A stretch of DNA of 64,000 nt from Amoebidium appalachense (GCA_963693365.1 CAVNZM010000005.1:2842342-2906341), one strand, 5' to 3'; positions 1 through 53,474 are shown, counted from the first letter of the stretch. The notes: generated by a model from the letters alone, not told the origin. Translations and numbers: made by a program.

Positions 1-141
1 ATGTCCATCCCATAGATTTTACAGCACAAACCATGCCGAAGTATGGCTTGAATATGTGCTATTTTTATCCATGGTTGTATGGTTTATAGTGTAGAATGAT
101 CATATAGTTTTTACTTTGTGGAATAAAACAAACTTGGCCTT

Positions 142-23718
<23,577 letters not shown>

Positions 23719-25532
23719 ATTCCCGCCTCTTTAGGCGGACTGGACTCATGTGTCCTGTGTGCACGTGCAAGGTGTACTTGCCTAGGCGGACTTCAAGGTT
23801 GAATTGGCTTTGCTTTCTGATTAACTAAATATGAGGTGAATGATCCCTCCTCATATCTCGTTTTTTGGCTTAAACAAAAAAGATGCAATGTTCTGTGTGC
23901 AGCAGATGGGGTACCTGCATCAGCCAATATCTGTGCAAGGGAAGATAAGTCACTAACGAATTTTTCCTGGATCCTTGCCGATCAGAGAAAACATGCCGTG
24001 ACAAGTATTAAACTGTGGTAATGTTCGCACGAGAGAGTTGTAAGGCAACACAAACGAGAAAGTGTTAAAAAAAGGGTGGTCTTTGGTGGAGAAGGTTGAA
24101 TGCTCAGAGTTCAAATCATGACAAGCTTTTCGAGTGCTCTTCGTCAGTGAGTGGCGAACATGACTGCTTGGTGGGGGCCGGCTTGCATAAATGTCAGACT
24201 GGGTTATAAAGTTTACTTGTTATTTCTATTTATTTCAAAATCCGCCAGAAACTGAAGTATTGGCTCCAAAGCATGGAACGAAGCTTCATATATGTTTACT
24301 TGTTAAGAGTGCTACATAGGTGCTAGAATGACAATATCTAGCGGAATTATATGCTTACATTGGTTTATCCCAATGCTATATGACAGGAACACATGAATGT
24401 GCTATCCGTTGCAATCACTCACCTAATGGGTCCACCTCCCGGAGAATTATACCCCATACAATTTGGAAATATTGCTCTGAACATTACACACCCTGAAAAG
24501 CAAACGAGCTGATTCAACGTAAAGGAATGCATGAACATGCCACTGTTATCGCAGGTTATCAGTACACTACGCTATTCTGCACTTCAGAAGCAGAGAAAAC
24601 GTAGAGTATATTTGGTTATTAGTAATTTAGATTTTTCTTTTATAATTGTTTACATTATAAAGTGTTTATATAGCCATATTTTTCTTGTTTGTTCACCATT
24701 CGGGAACACTTGGGACGAACCCGACTTCCGGTAAAATTAACCAATCATAAGCATTTATCTACTCGTGCTATGCGACTAAATCGCCCTACACTCCATGGGC
24801 AATTTCTGCTCATATCCGGGCCGTCATTGAAAACATGCTATAATATTAGAGATATACCGATCACGTAAATAGAATTTGTAATATGACTATTTTATATATT
24901 TTTGAAAGCCTGTATTGAGCCATATGAACTGTTTTTTGTTCGATGAAAGCTGAGTAAGTTTTTGTTTTTCTTGGTTCGTAATTTGATTCATGGCAGTAGA
25001 GGGTGAACGTAAGGGATCCATATGTGATCATGAGTCATACTGTGCTCACTGTGAGTGACCGCCGCCCTGACCAGATCCATCTTTTGTGTGACACTGACAG
25101 TGCTCTGCATGCAACAAAATGACTGAATGAATGAATCACGAATGCACATTAGAGATTTTTATGCTGCCGCGTCCTTACTGTACTGTACACGTGCCCTCAG
25201 ACCTGTACTTATTGTAGGGCCTCGCTGGCGGCCGGGGTCCCAAATTCCCAATATCACCTGCGACGCTGATAGGCTAAACGCGCATCACAGAATAACCAAA
25301 TATGGAACTCTATTGTTGTTTGCCACGGTGACCGTGTTTGGCAAGTTGGCACCAGTGCCGCTACGTATACCGGTGCCACGTCGTACCGTAGTACGGTACA
25401 GCTGTTCTCTTGTTCAAACACCAGTCCGTGGCAAGCAGTACCCAGTATAACACAGACACAGCCATAATAACAAGAAAAGAAACAAGCCACTCACTGAAAT
25501 ACACTCCTTTTCGTAAACACATCCATATCAAC

Positions 25533-26490
25533 ATGGTCTACATCGCTACTGGCCTGGGCGGCACCAACGCAAAAGCAGGTATCGTTTCTGTCGATGGTGC
25601 CCTCCTCCGGCGGAAGGAAAAAGAACGGGTCGACCTATCGCCGCAGTCAGTAGTTAGCGACCTGGTGGCTTGCGCAAGCAAAGCACTTCATGCACCAAAC
25701 CTCACTTGGAAGGAAGTGATTTGCATTGGTGGCGGCTCACCGGGCGGCATTAATCCGATGGCCGTGTGTGACGGCCGCAGCCAACTTCCCAACTTGGCAC
25801 ATGGTGCCTCTTGCAGACATGATCTCCGGCCAGACACAAAACATGAAAACAATTCTCGTTAACGATGCTGCCGCGGCCGTGGCTGCTGAAGTTTGGGTTG
25901 GCGCCGCGAAAAAGAAAGGAGTGCGAAGCATGATCATGCTAACGTTGGGCACCGGGGTAGGCAGTGGAGTAGTTGTGGATGGAGACATCATCACGGGGGC
26001 CAGCGGGCTTATTGAGGGGGGGAATATGATAATGGAGAGGGACGTGTGGCTGCTCACAGCGCGGCTGCCTCGAAGTCTACGCGTCGGCCTCGGCGGTGGC
26101 ACGGTGCGCAAAGGAAGCTGCAAATAAGCCCGGGGTGAACTCGCTTCTGTCTGGGAAAGAAAAGATCGGAGCAAAGGCAGTTTTCGAAGCGGTGAAGCAA
26201 GGGGATGAGATTGCGTGGAAGGTTGTGGACGATGCATGTGACTATCTCGGGTTTGCCTGTGTGAACATTTGTAGATTGGTCGACACGGAGTTGCCGTACG
26301 CGTTGTTCTTGCTGGAGGAATGACCCGTGCGGGTGATTTCCTATTTGAGCGAGTCAGGGCTGCATGTTCCAAGTATGCATGGACCAAGCTGCCCAACAAC
26401 GCGAGGATTGTGCAAGCCGAGGTGGGGGATGACTTGGGCATTATTGGGGCAGCGGCTATGGCACGCAGGGCGGTAGAAGGGAAGATATAG
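25533..26490 (+). pseudogene. Intronless ROK-family sugar kinase (glucokinase-like) pseudogene
   Basis: ROK-like segments lie in different frames: MVYIATGLGGTNAKAG, IGGGSPG, TILVNDAAAA, LTLGTGVGSGVV, CGCSQRGCLEVYAS, VVLAGG, DDLGIIGAA, ending at TAG 26488-26490. Frameshifts near 25755-25770, 26043 and 26295. The Asp of the DxGGT motif and the zinc-binding His before CxC appear substituted. Confidence 0.85.
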
Positions 26491-26619
26491 AGGGGTACCG
26501 TCGGTTTCAGGGTGGGTCATAGTCATTGCAATTGGTAGCCCTATTCCCAGATCTATGACTTTTTGGTTGGGGACGCCCAACTCACGGTGAGGAGGAGGAA
26601 CGGCGGGGGGAGGGGGGGT

Positions 26620-26652
<33 letters not shown>

Positions 26653-27032
26653 GCACTGTTAAGAAGGGCATCTGCAGCAAGAATGAGATTCCACGAACCC
26701 ACTATAATGCTACCATGGCGAAGTAAGGGAAGGGAATGTAACCAGGTAACCGCTGAGTGTCGAGGGGTGGACCATGGGATAGGGTATACGTATACCATGC
26801 CTGATCGAAGGGAAAACAGCGCGCGAGACCACCGGAATCAAAAAAAGAAAATGTTTAGTCTTGTTTCCATAATAAGCACTGGGCCACCAGCGAAATATGC
26901 AAGCAGGCCTCTGTGTGTGCGAGGCTCCGTAATTCCCAGGGAGAGAGGGCAAGCGCTAAGAAACTATCATGTTGGACCCCTAGGCCTACAATTGTATGTA
27001 TGTAGTGAGAAGTGAGTTTAGAGACCTCTTAA

Positions 27033-27456
27033 AGGGGGTTTCTTTTAGGCCGATTGATTGTCCCCATTCTAGCAAATCCGGGTCAAGCCATATGTTCAGC
27101 ATACAAATCATGATATGAGCTGCAATTTTCTTCCTAACGCTTTATTTTTATTATTCCCTTCTGTATTTCTTTTTTTTGCCTTTTCTTTTTCTTTTTTGTT
27201 GTATAATGGCGCATCTGTACCTTGCTGCCGGCAAAACGATGGTGCGCAGCTGATGTGCAGTACGCCAATCATATAGCTAGAATCCCCTCTGACCCGACCC
27301 AGCTCGAAAATCTTTTTTCTTTTGACTGGATTTATTCAACGGAAAGATATGCAAGTATGCACGGCATACTGAGAAGACAATAAAAACTTCACCACGAGTT
27401 ATCCAGTAACAAGTGCTCGAAAATCCAAAAGAAACCCCCTTAAAAAGAAACCCCCT
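27033..27456. mobile_element. Non-autonomous DNA transposon (Kolobok/T2-MITE-like), copy 1
   Basis: TTAA (27029-27032), then AGGGGGTTTCTTTT ... AAAAGAAACCCCCT, then TTAA (27457-27460). The right TIR is duplicated (27427-27440 and 27443-27456). No coding capacity. Confidence 0.8.
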
Positions 27457-27460
27457 TTAA

Positions 27461-27763
27461 AGGGGGTTTCTTTTAGGCCGATTAATTGTCCCCATTCCAG
27501 CACATCCGGGTCAACTTGAAGCTATTTGTTCAGTATATACATCATGATATGAACTGCAATTTTCTTCCTAACGTTTTATTATTATTATTCCATTCTGTAT
27601 TTCTTTTTTTTTGCCTTTTCCTTTTCTTTTTTCTTGTATTATGGCGCATCTATACCTTGCACTACCGGCCAAACGATGGTGCGCAACTGATGCGCAGCAT
27701 GCCAATCAGATAGCTGAAACCCCTTTGACCCGACCCGGCCCGAAAAGGTAAAAGAAACCCTCT
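27461..27763. mobile_element. Non-autonomous DNA transposon (Kolobok/T2-MITE-like), copy 2 (shorter internal sequence)
   Basis: Begins AGGGGGTTTCTTTTAGGCCGATT like copy 1 and is clearly similar over ~280 bp. Ends AAAAGAAACCCTCT followed by TTAA (27764-27767). Shares the central TTAA with copy 1. Confidence 0.8.
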
Positions 27764-28835
27764 TTAAACAATTGTGGTCGACCTGGTGGCACGTGCACGT
27801 GCGCTATCTTGAGTGGGGCTGCACGAGGGTGATGCCTCACACGTACTGACGGTGTGCACGCGCTGCGATGAACTTTACGTTCGCTGCAGACGGGTTTCGG
27901 CCAGGCCCCCCAGACTGCACCCCAGCAGCAGTTTTCCTTACACTCTCGCGACCGCGTGCATGCTTTCTGTCGCGGCGCCTCGACGGTTCGATAGAGTCCA
28001 GTGCTCGCTGAATGTGTAAGGAAAAATAAGGAGCCATCTCAGTAGGTGGCAGGGGTGATGCAGAAAGCTGTGGGGTTAGAATGCAGCTATGTAGTATGTT
28101 GCGGTGCAGCGAGAATAAGTTACAAGTTGGAGATGTCGACTGATATCGATGCACCAGAAATAGAGAAATAGATCGATGTGCCTAACTATTACATCGAACT
28201 TTGTTTCCCCAGCCGGGCAGATCTCCCTCCCTGTCCCCCTCCCCCCCACTACCACCTACTGAGGCGGTGTCTCCTTTCTTTCTTTCTTTTTTTTTTTTTT
28301 TTTTGCCGCCTGAGTAGATGTTAACACTTGTTGCCGTCAGTACGTGTTAGCCCCCCCCCCCCCCCCCCCCCCCCTCTCTCTCTCTGTGTGTGTGTGCGCG
28401 TACGCATGGTACATGTATATCACGGTGTGTTGTGTGCATTGGGGCGCAAAGCGCCAGGGCCGGGGGGGGGGTGGGTGGGGGGATGCTGATACAGAACAGA
28501 CCCACGAGGACAGTTTATACGCGCCGATGAAACGAACATACAGCATGTGTGCCAGGTGCATCTGCCAGTACTACTATGATAAAATACTATTTCATATATT
28601 CGTTTCCACCACCAGAGCCCAGTCATGGTACAGGAACCCCTTCCCCAGCATTCAATAATGTGCCTAACGCTAACCTGTGAATCAATGAGGTCTTATATAT
28701 GTACATCCGATCCCCTTAATGGATGAAGAGACCGGTTGAAAAACAAAGGTGAGTCTGAAAACTGTGCATCAGCGCTGCCGATTAATCCGCCAATATAACC
28801 GCCCGCCTTCCCAAAAGGCAACACGCCTTCAACAT

Positions 28836-30785
28836 TTAGGCAACAGTGTCCCAGTAGAGCTTGCGCAGCTGCTCGACAAACAGGAACATCATGACCGTGT
28901 GGCCGCCGCACCGTGTGAAGTAAGGAATGAACCCATTCCACAGCGACAGCACACCGCTAGCCTTAGCAACCGCACCGATGGTCTGGAATGTTCCCTTATA
29001 AGGCAACTTGCCGTTGGCGTCGGGCTTCTGGAAGGCCATGCGGTTCTTAGCCGTCTCGAAGGGCATGGTGATGATGGAGTAGAGCAGGCCGGCACTCATG
29101 GACGAGGCACACTCGTTGGAGAGCCCAGTCAAGCCCATGTTCCTGCAGGGGGGTGTTTATAAGTTTGTGTCTGAAATTTTTTTCCAGGCTTAGAGGAAGG
29201 AAAATGAAGAAAAGGGGGGAGTGCCAGGGGGTTGGGGTTTGGGGGTTGGGGGGAGGGGGGGGGGGACGGGGACGAGGGCAGGGGAAAAAAGAATGGACAG
29301 GATTAAGTTATGTGTTTGTGTGTAAGTGGCTAGGTGGGTTGGCGCGGGACGGCTAGGGCGGGCGGGGTGGGTTCGAAAGGTGGGTGGGGGGATACAGACA
29401 GAGAGGGGGTGGCATGCGGGCTTTCGAAGAGAATTGTAAAGCAAGGAGCACACGAGGAGTTTAGTCTCCCCAAAACAGGGTGGCGGGTGGGGTGGGGTGG
29501 GGGGGGGGGGGGGAGGGGGCGGCAACTAAGCTGCAAAATAGATGGGAGGACAGGTGCAGGGTAGGAAGGCCGGGTGAAGCAAAGGAGCGGGAAAGATGGG
29601 AATGGGGGTGGGGTTGCCAGGGGCTTCTGTGCAACAAACAAAAGCAGAAGGGAAACAGAAAGTGTGTGTGTGTGCGTGTTGGGGGGGGGGGGGGGGGGGG
29701 GGGGGTATGTCTCAGAACAAAACAAAGACAAGGAAGAGGGGGGGATAGTTCTGGTGCCGAACACCATGCAATGTGCACAGCACACAAGCACGCACCATGC
29801 AAAAGCACATATCCTTAGACAGGGCAAGGGGGGACCCAGGGGGATGGGGGGGATAAGGTAGAAGAGAGAGGGAGAACAGAGAGAAGGGGGGCGGGTGGTT
29901 GGAGGGGGGGGGGGGGGGTAAAGGAGAAGGTGGTAGAGAAAGGAGAAGTGGGGCAAGGGGGAGCACACAAGAGTTGCCTAGATAGATGGGGGGGTGGGGG
30001 AGGAGGAGGTTAGAGTCTTTGATAAGGTGGAAGAGTGTTAGGGGGAGAGGAGGACGGGGGGAAACGGCAGGTGAGTAGGGATAATCGAGAAGGTTTTAAG
30101 GGAGCAGTAGGGAGAGGAGAGAAGAAGGAGAGAGCAGGGCCAGGAAGGCACGCAAGCGAGGGGAAGGGGGGAGGGGGGGGGGAGGCACATACTTGTAGGA
30201 GACCTTGAACTGATCGTATGTGGCCACCTGGCAGGCACCGACCAACATGGCACGGTTGACAAACGGGGCACAGCCACGGTAGAAGGCGGCAAAGCCCTCC
30301 TCCCTCATAATCCTCGAGGCAGCGTCATACACACCCTTGTAGTTGCGTCTCTGCTCCTTGGGCAGGGCATTGTCGTTAGACATGCGCACAAGGGATACCT
30401 CTGCGGGGCAGGAGATAACGGCAGCACAGCCCCCGGACAGAACACCGTTAATAACGCGGGAGAGAATGTCAGTCTCACGGTACTTTGCCATCTGGTCCCT
30501 GAACACCTCATAAAGACCAAACCGAGACGTGGCGTAGAAGATCTGACGGGTGATGCCGGCGGTGAGACCCTTGTAAAGAGATCCAACACCCTCGTTCTTA
30601 ATAACATTGGAGGTGAACTTGACAAACGAGGCGGTTTTCTGGCCGGGAGGGGCAGTCATAGTTGCCAAGTTCATGCGAATGGCGCAGGTGTTTGCTGGGT
30701 GCACCACAATCCACCCCAGAACACCGCCCAGGCCAGCGGTGGCGAAGGAAACGCTCGCGGGGAGCTTCTTCTGTTGAGTTGCCAT
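28836..30785 (-). CDS. Mitochondrial carrier (SLC25), 2-oxoglutarate/malate or dicarboxylate carrier-like; 2 exons, 299 aa
   Basis: Exons 30785-30193 and 29142-28836 with a phase-2 intron GTATGT...CAG; 900 nt. Three carrier repeats: HPANTCAIRM, CPAEVSLVRM, MPFETAKNRM. OGC-type motifs RQIFYATSRFG, RRNYKGV, RAMLVGACQVATYDQFK, PYFTRCGGHTV. Confidence 0.92.
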
Positions 30786-30902
30786 GTTGCCTATATGGGT
30801 GTAGAGGTCTGTTTATGGGGGGGAGAGAAAAAAAGAGGCGACAAAACACCCACGAAAAATAATCGAGCAATATGGCAACTGGTTCAAACGTGTGGTCGCG
30901 GG

Positions 30903-30938
30903 CTTTTTATATAGATGTTATGGGCTGCGATGATTGGT
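30903..30938 (-). promoter_or_regulatory. TATA box and CCAAT box upstream of the mitochondrial carrier
   Basis: Minus strand CTATATAAAAAG at ~30903-30914 and ACCAATCA at ~30931-30938, 120-150 bp upstream of the ATG. Confidence 0.5.
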
Positions 30939-32212
30939 CGAGGAAGAATGTGTTCGGCTCCTTCGGAAAAAAGCCACAACCAAGCTCTTACTCAACTGCA
31001 TGTTTGTCACGTTAATATGGACTAAAAGCGGGAAATAAGTTGAAATAATATTCGACATATAACATTTATGACTTTTAGTTGCATCATTTATGGTTTTTGA
31101 GTTGAGCCTGCAGCGCCGGACGCCCGGCCGCCCGAGCCGGGGTCCCGGGGATGCATGTGGGAAAACGCCTTCCAAATATGGCTAGAGGGCACAGATTTGC
31201 ATCATCTTGTGTTTGATTGGACGAGAAAGTCGCAGAAACACGGCGAAACCGAAAGAATTCAAGATCTGATTGGTGTTGAGAGGTTTGAGAATGTCCTCCC
31301 CATACCCATAATAAGGTTACAAAAAATATGCCCGGGCCGTTCGTAACGGTTCGTTACTACAAACGGCCGGGCCGGAGCGCCATTTGTCCAATAAAATAAT
31401 CATGCCTTTATTTGTTCAAATAGTATCTAATCAACATATATAACGACTCAATACGACTCCAGCATGTTGGGGTCAACTGGTTTAAATTAAAATCCAAAAT
31501 TTCCGTTGTAACTCCTAAGACCCCCCTCAGCGACAAGTCTCGCGGACCCAGCGGCCGTGGCAGTGCGTTCAACGTTGCGGCCTTCTTCAGAAGTTCTTCT
31601 CCACAAAACAATAAAAGAATCACTTTTTTATAGTTGTAATACGGATTACAGTAGTCAACTTGAGCTCGAGCCGTGGAGTAAATCACTTCAAAATGGTTAT
31701 GTGGATCACATCAAAATGGTTATGTGTTCGAAAGAGTGTAGACGAGGTACATTTTCTATTTGGTGCTTGACTGGCATAGGCTATCTCGGCTATCATTAGT
31801 GTTATCAGAGTAAAATTTGACGCCATTTCTACCCAGTTCTGTTCATCGTTCATTTTGCGTCATTCACGTCTACCTGAGTTCGATGCAAACCCCCCCCCCC
31901 CCCCCCCGCCCCTCTCTCCCCACTCACCCTCCCCCCCCCCCCCCCCCCCCCCCCTCTCTCTCCCCCCCCGCGGACACACACCTAACAGAGGGTGAGGCAC
32001 AAACGCTTTTACTAGACTAGCTATACCTTCCCATTTTTGAACTGAGCTACTAAGATGAGATTGTTTAAGGAAAACGGTGCGGTATCATACATAAAAAGCG
32101 GTTGGCTGCCATCAGGTGGGACCAAACCATCAAATATGGTGCAGCTACAATAGGGTTATACATGGGATATTGGAATCTACAAAAGAGGGCTACTACTTAT
32201 CAAAAATTGATT

Positions 32213-49093
<16,881 letters not shown>

Positions 49094-49339
49094 GGCTAAC
49101 ATCTTACGTTAGGCAGCAGGGGGGGGAATATATGTGCTCCCTAAAAGATGGCCTTTCCACACGCGCACAGCTTACTGTAAAAAACTGTCTGCCTGGTATT
49201 GCGTATAATTCTGCAAAAAAAATAAGAAGTAAGCGGCACAGGTTTTCCGGGCGCATGCCTTTGCACACAGACTTGCACACAGGTTTGCTCGCAGAGGAAA
49301 GTTGTGACAGTGACAGCGCTGCCGGGAGGCTAGCTGAGG

Positions 49340-49560
49340 CAGGGTTCAGTTTTGTTCCCGCCAAAAAGTTCAAGTAGACCAATCAACTGTCGCCTGTAAA
49401 TGACGTCAGCTACAGATGCCGGATTAACATTTGAGCAAATGGATAGGTCTCAAACATAAATGCGGCCGGCAAACAATATGACATCACACAACCCTTCGGG
49501 ATCGCTGTGTGCTTACGTAAGTCATTAGGCTATTTGATTGGATATCAGCTTTCGGCGCGA
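49340..49560. promoter_or_regulatory. Putative bidirectional promoter between MLH1 and the TPX2-like gene
   Basis: Head-to-head ATGs at 49093 and 50092. Contains TTCCCGCCAAAA (E2F-type, 49355-49366), CCAAT boxes (~49379 and reverse ~49537) and a perfect CRE TGACGTCA (49401-49408). Confidence 0.45.
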
Positions 49561-50091
49561 CGTTCCAAAACTGTGTCCGTTTTCACCAGCTTTTCTGTTC
49601 TCCGGTGCGCGGCCGAAGCCTCGGACACGTTTTTCCCTTTGTTTTACTCTGCAAGTTGTTCCTCGTTTTCAGGCTACGTTTTCAACGCCTTATAAGAAGC
49701 TCTCTTCAAACAGTTATATGATACACCGAACCCAAGCAAATAGTAGTCGCTCACATCATTCTACTTAGTTGGTTAGGCAACATAGCTGGTCATCTTGTGT
49801 GACCTCTTACAAGGGGTTGGTCTTTTTTATAGAAGAAAGGTTTCTGGACATCGGTGCACTGCAGAAGATACCTGTATCATTTCTCGACTACACTCGTATA
49901 AAAACAGAGTATACGCATTATTTTTCAATTCATTGCTGCTTCTATCACACTCCTTAGTCCCAAAAATGCATCCAGCTTCATACCTGAACGCGGTTTTCCG
50001 CACATAGAGTCCCTCCACCTCAACTAGCTAACACCAACCAAACCAAATCATTATCTTCAACAAACACCTGTTATTTTTTCCAGTATCCACC

Positions 50092-53000
50092 ATGAATTTT
50101 ACTGCGGAAGCTGTGCGTGATGAGTGCATTGAGCCAGACCTAGAACCGTTTGTTGTCAACCCTACCTTTGAGTTCAACTCTCCCCAGTGGCTTGACTTTT
50201 CAGACGACCCTGCGCTTTGGTATGCTATACCTTTTTATCTTTTAATATATTTTTTATTTTTTATTTTTCGTTGCTTGAAACCCTTGTTTCCACGGCAGTT
50301 CTTCTCGTTGTTCTTTCCACGAGGCCATGTTTGCACCAATCGTGTCCGGCTACCATCCTCGTGCCCGACGTTTTCTCTCTTTTTTCCTTTTTGGTTTACA
50401 TATCATTTTAGTCGGAAATGCTTCGATTTTCAGCTACATACAAACGTGAAAGGCGATGTTTAGCAGGATCAGATTAACCCGCTTGTAATTTTTGTTTTTT
50501 GGTCAGAACACTCACCTCTAGGTGCAAGTGAGAAGCCGATGTAGTCTCGTAACTCAGTGCTTTTATGCCCTACCGAATTATTCACGTTGCCTGCTTTTGA
50601 ACTGTAAGCCGCTAATGTTCTGTTCTGGTGGGCTCGCCTTTCACATTTCCTCCCGAAAACTACACCAACGCAACAATGATCCCACCCGCCGGTAGTTTTT
50701 CTCTATCTATCCCCTCGGATATCCTGAGGTGTGCATTAACTGAAAGATGTTGGGTGGTTGCCTTTGTAGATTTTTTTTTTCTGTTAGTGCCAGCCAGCAC
50801 ACCAGGTGGGTTTTTCTGCCCATTTTATACATCGCAGGACTTTGGTTAGCTTTGTTTGACAAGTATTGCTCTTCTCTGTGCTAATATGCCTGCCACAATC
50901 CCCCCCCCCCACACACACACAAGCACACACACACACACACACACCACTACTACCACACGCGCGCGCACACACACACACAAAACACACACAGCTATGAGGA
51001 ACAGGACGACGGGTTTTGCTTCGACTATGAGCATCCCTCCCACGAATCTCAATGGAAAAACTATAACCTCTCCCACATCCCCAGTGACCGTTCCCCCGGC
51101 TACCTCAGACCTCTACACTCGTTCTCCTACTCATCCGATACCCAATCACCTTCGCCGGTTTCACCCAACGGTTACATTTCAGCCCAACGCTCCCATGTCA
51201 CGACCAACCGCCCGAATCGGCTACCACAACGGCTGGTTATACCTCATGAGGAAAAACCGCATGAACACACACAGGGGGCTACTGGTTTTGCGCAACACCA
51301 TGCTCCCTATGTGGGCCCGCACGTGCGTATTGCGAGTATAGCGGTGACGGAGTCGGTGGAAGAGGAGGAGGAAGGAACGGAAGAGAGCGAAGAGGAAAGT
51401 AGCGACGGGGAGTCGATGGATTTGGTAAGCGCACTGCTACGGGAGCACAACAGCAAGGTCAAACAGACACGGAAACGGGACAACAAGAAAATGAAGGAGC
51501 CTGGGAAGGTGACCAAACCCCGAGCGCGTAAGACCGCCGGGAGTAATACTACTGCAACAACGGGCGAATTGGCTGGCGGGGTGCCAAACGAAGAACAAGC
51601 ACAAGCCGCCCCTCCACCTACCCATCCCATTAGTTCTAGCAGTGATACTGTAGTTGTCAAGGAAACCACACGTGTGTTAAAACACAACACCAATGCACCG
51701 GTGCCCAAGGTTTCGCGTGTTGTAGTTGCAGTGAAGGAGGTGCCACAGCCGGCACAACTCAACGTCGAAGGAGACAACGGAGGGAAGAGAAAGGGGATAG
51801 CAGTTGCCAAACCCCCGCCCACCACTGCACTCCGCGTCACGTCCACCCGACCTGTTCTCACCTCTCGCTCGGGAGTTGTTGCGGCGGCAAAGAAAACAGA
51901 GCCTGGGGCGGGTGTGAAGACGACAGATGTCACGGAGAGGCCGAAAGTTACGAAACAAGCGAGACCTGCAGGTGGGGTGTCAGCGCTTGGCGTCAGTGAG
52001 CCGGTGTTGTTGAAGGGAAAGCCGGCAACAACATTGCCAAATAAGGCAGGCACAGCTCCGTCACCCCCTACCGGCGCTTCCACACTCAAGCAAAGTCTAC
52101 CCGCTACCCAGGCACCAGCACACTCTATTGGTGCCAAGTTTGCCCCGGCACCCCAACCATCCACTCGCACTCAGACTGTTACGGGATCATCAGTACATCT
52201 CTCGGTGGTTCCCGGGGCACAGAAACCGACGCTGAATATCACACGGACGATAAAACCCACGGCAGGGGAACCGAGAATACCAGTCACAGGGAGACTTGGA
52301 GCAGGGGTAGGGTTAACAGGAGCAGGGGGAGTGGCCAAGAAGCCGTCCTTGTACACGAGTGCACTGGGTGAGGCCCATCGCTCAAACATTGAAAACGTAG
52401 TTCCCAGATCGATTTCTTCTATTTCCACGGACAAGTATAGTAGGGACCGTAACGCGGACATTGAGAACATGACTGTTTACCGTGACGGTGCCGTTGCCAA
52501 GCCAACCAAGGCTGCAACCAATCAGATGCCAGCACGTGGGCTGGCACACCGGGCACCCCTGCACGACCGCAACCACAACCAGCTGGCCGTAGCACCGACC
52601 TTCCCCTCCAAGCCTGAGAACCGCACAAAGGCTACCCTAACTTTCTGCCCCTCTGGCTCCCAGCCCGTATGTCCCGCTACTCCCTCCCCCCCCCACTCAC
52701 CCACCCACATATCACCACTACCACTGCACGTGCAGGCATGTGCATACAAGCCATCACCATCACCTGTTCGCTCAACCCCACTACCTAGCTGCCCAAACCC
52801 TCTGCACATGTCACACTGACCCAGATACATAGGCGACCTTTTCTACACACAACACATGTTGTCCCCCCCCCCCCCCCCCCCCCCCCCCCCGCCCCGCCCC
52901 GCCCCGCGCATGCGGGGTGCTCGAAACCTTTATGCAATTCTCTCGTTTTCTTTCCATCTCTTAAGTACCCCCCCCCCCCCCCCCCCCCCCCCGTCTACAT

Positions 53001-53474
53001 CAACACGCGTGCGCCCACATATTAGGCTCATGTGCAGCTTCCTCCTTCCATTAAGAAATGAAGCGCGCACACACACAATCACACTCACTCACTTACTCAC
53101 TCACTCACCTGCTACCGCCAGCATCTCCATTCCCGTCCATCACATCCCCCCCTCCTCCCCCCCCCCCCCCCCCCCCCAACCACCACCACCACCACCACCA
53201 CCACCACCACCACACCCACCCAAACAACAACAACAACAACAACAAAGAAAGAAAGAGAAAAGCGAAAAATAGAGGGGGGGGGGGGGGGGGGAAGTACATA
53301 CATACACGCACACGTGCACACACACACCCTATACTAACAGCAATCCCACCTACACAGACCAAGCCCACCCTGTACGGCCATGTCGGCAAAGACACAGACA
53401 CGGACGACCTCAAGCACATTCTGGCTCAACACAACTCGAGGGTGACCGGCATGCCCACAAGGAAATTCCTATGA
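50092..53474 (+). CDS. Predominantly low-complexity protein with a TPX2-like (Aurora-binding-type) N-terminal motif; 3 exons, ~639 aa
   Basis: Exons 50092-50219 (TG|GTATGC), 50992-52666 (CACAG| ... |GTATGT) and 53358-53474 (TGA); 1920 nt in frame. The N-terminus FEFNSPQWLDF...DDGFCFDYEHPSHE resembles the TPX2 F/YxFDAPxxxDF...WF motif. It is followed by an acidic stretch and a long K/P/T/A-rich region. The second donor could alternatively be at 52588. Confidence 0.65.

Noticed and set aside
31090-31700. GC-rich CCGG-motif patches that may be a transposon remnant
   Set aside because: No terminal inverted repeats, TSD or coding similarity could be established by eye.
51307-52170. 287-aa minus-strand ORF, and the similar antisense ORFs 25737-26441 and 22535-23734
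   Set aside because: These are antisense shadows of real coding or pseudogene sequence and have no independent motifs.
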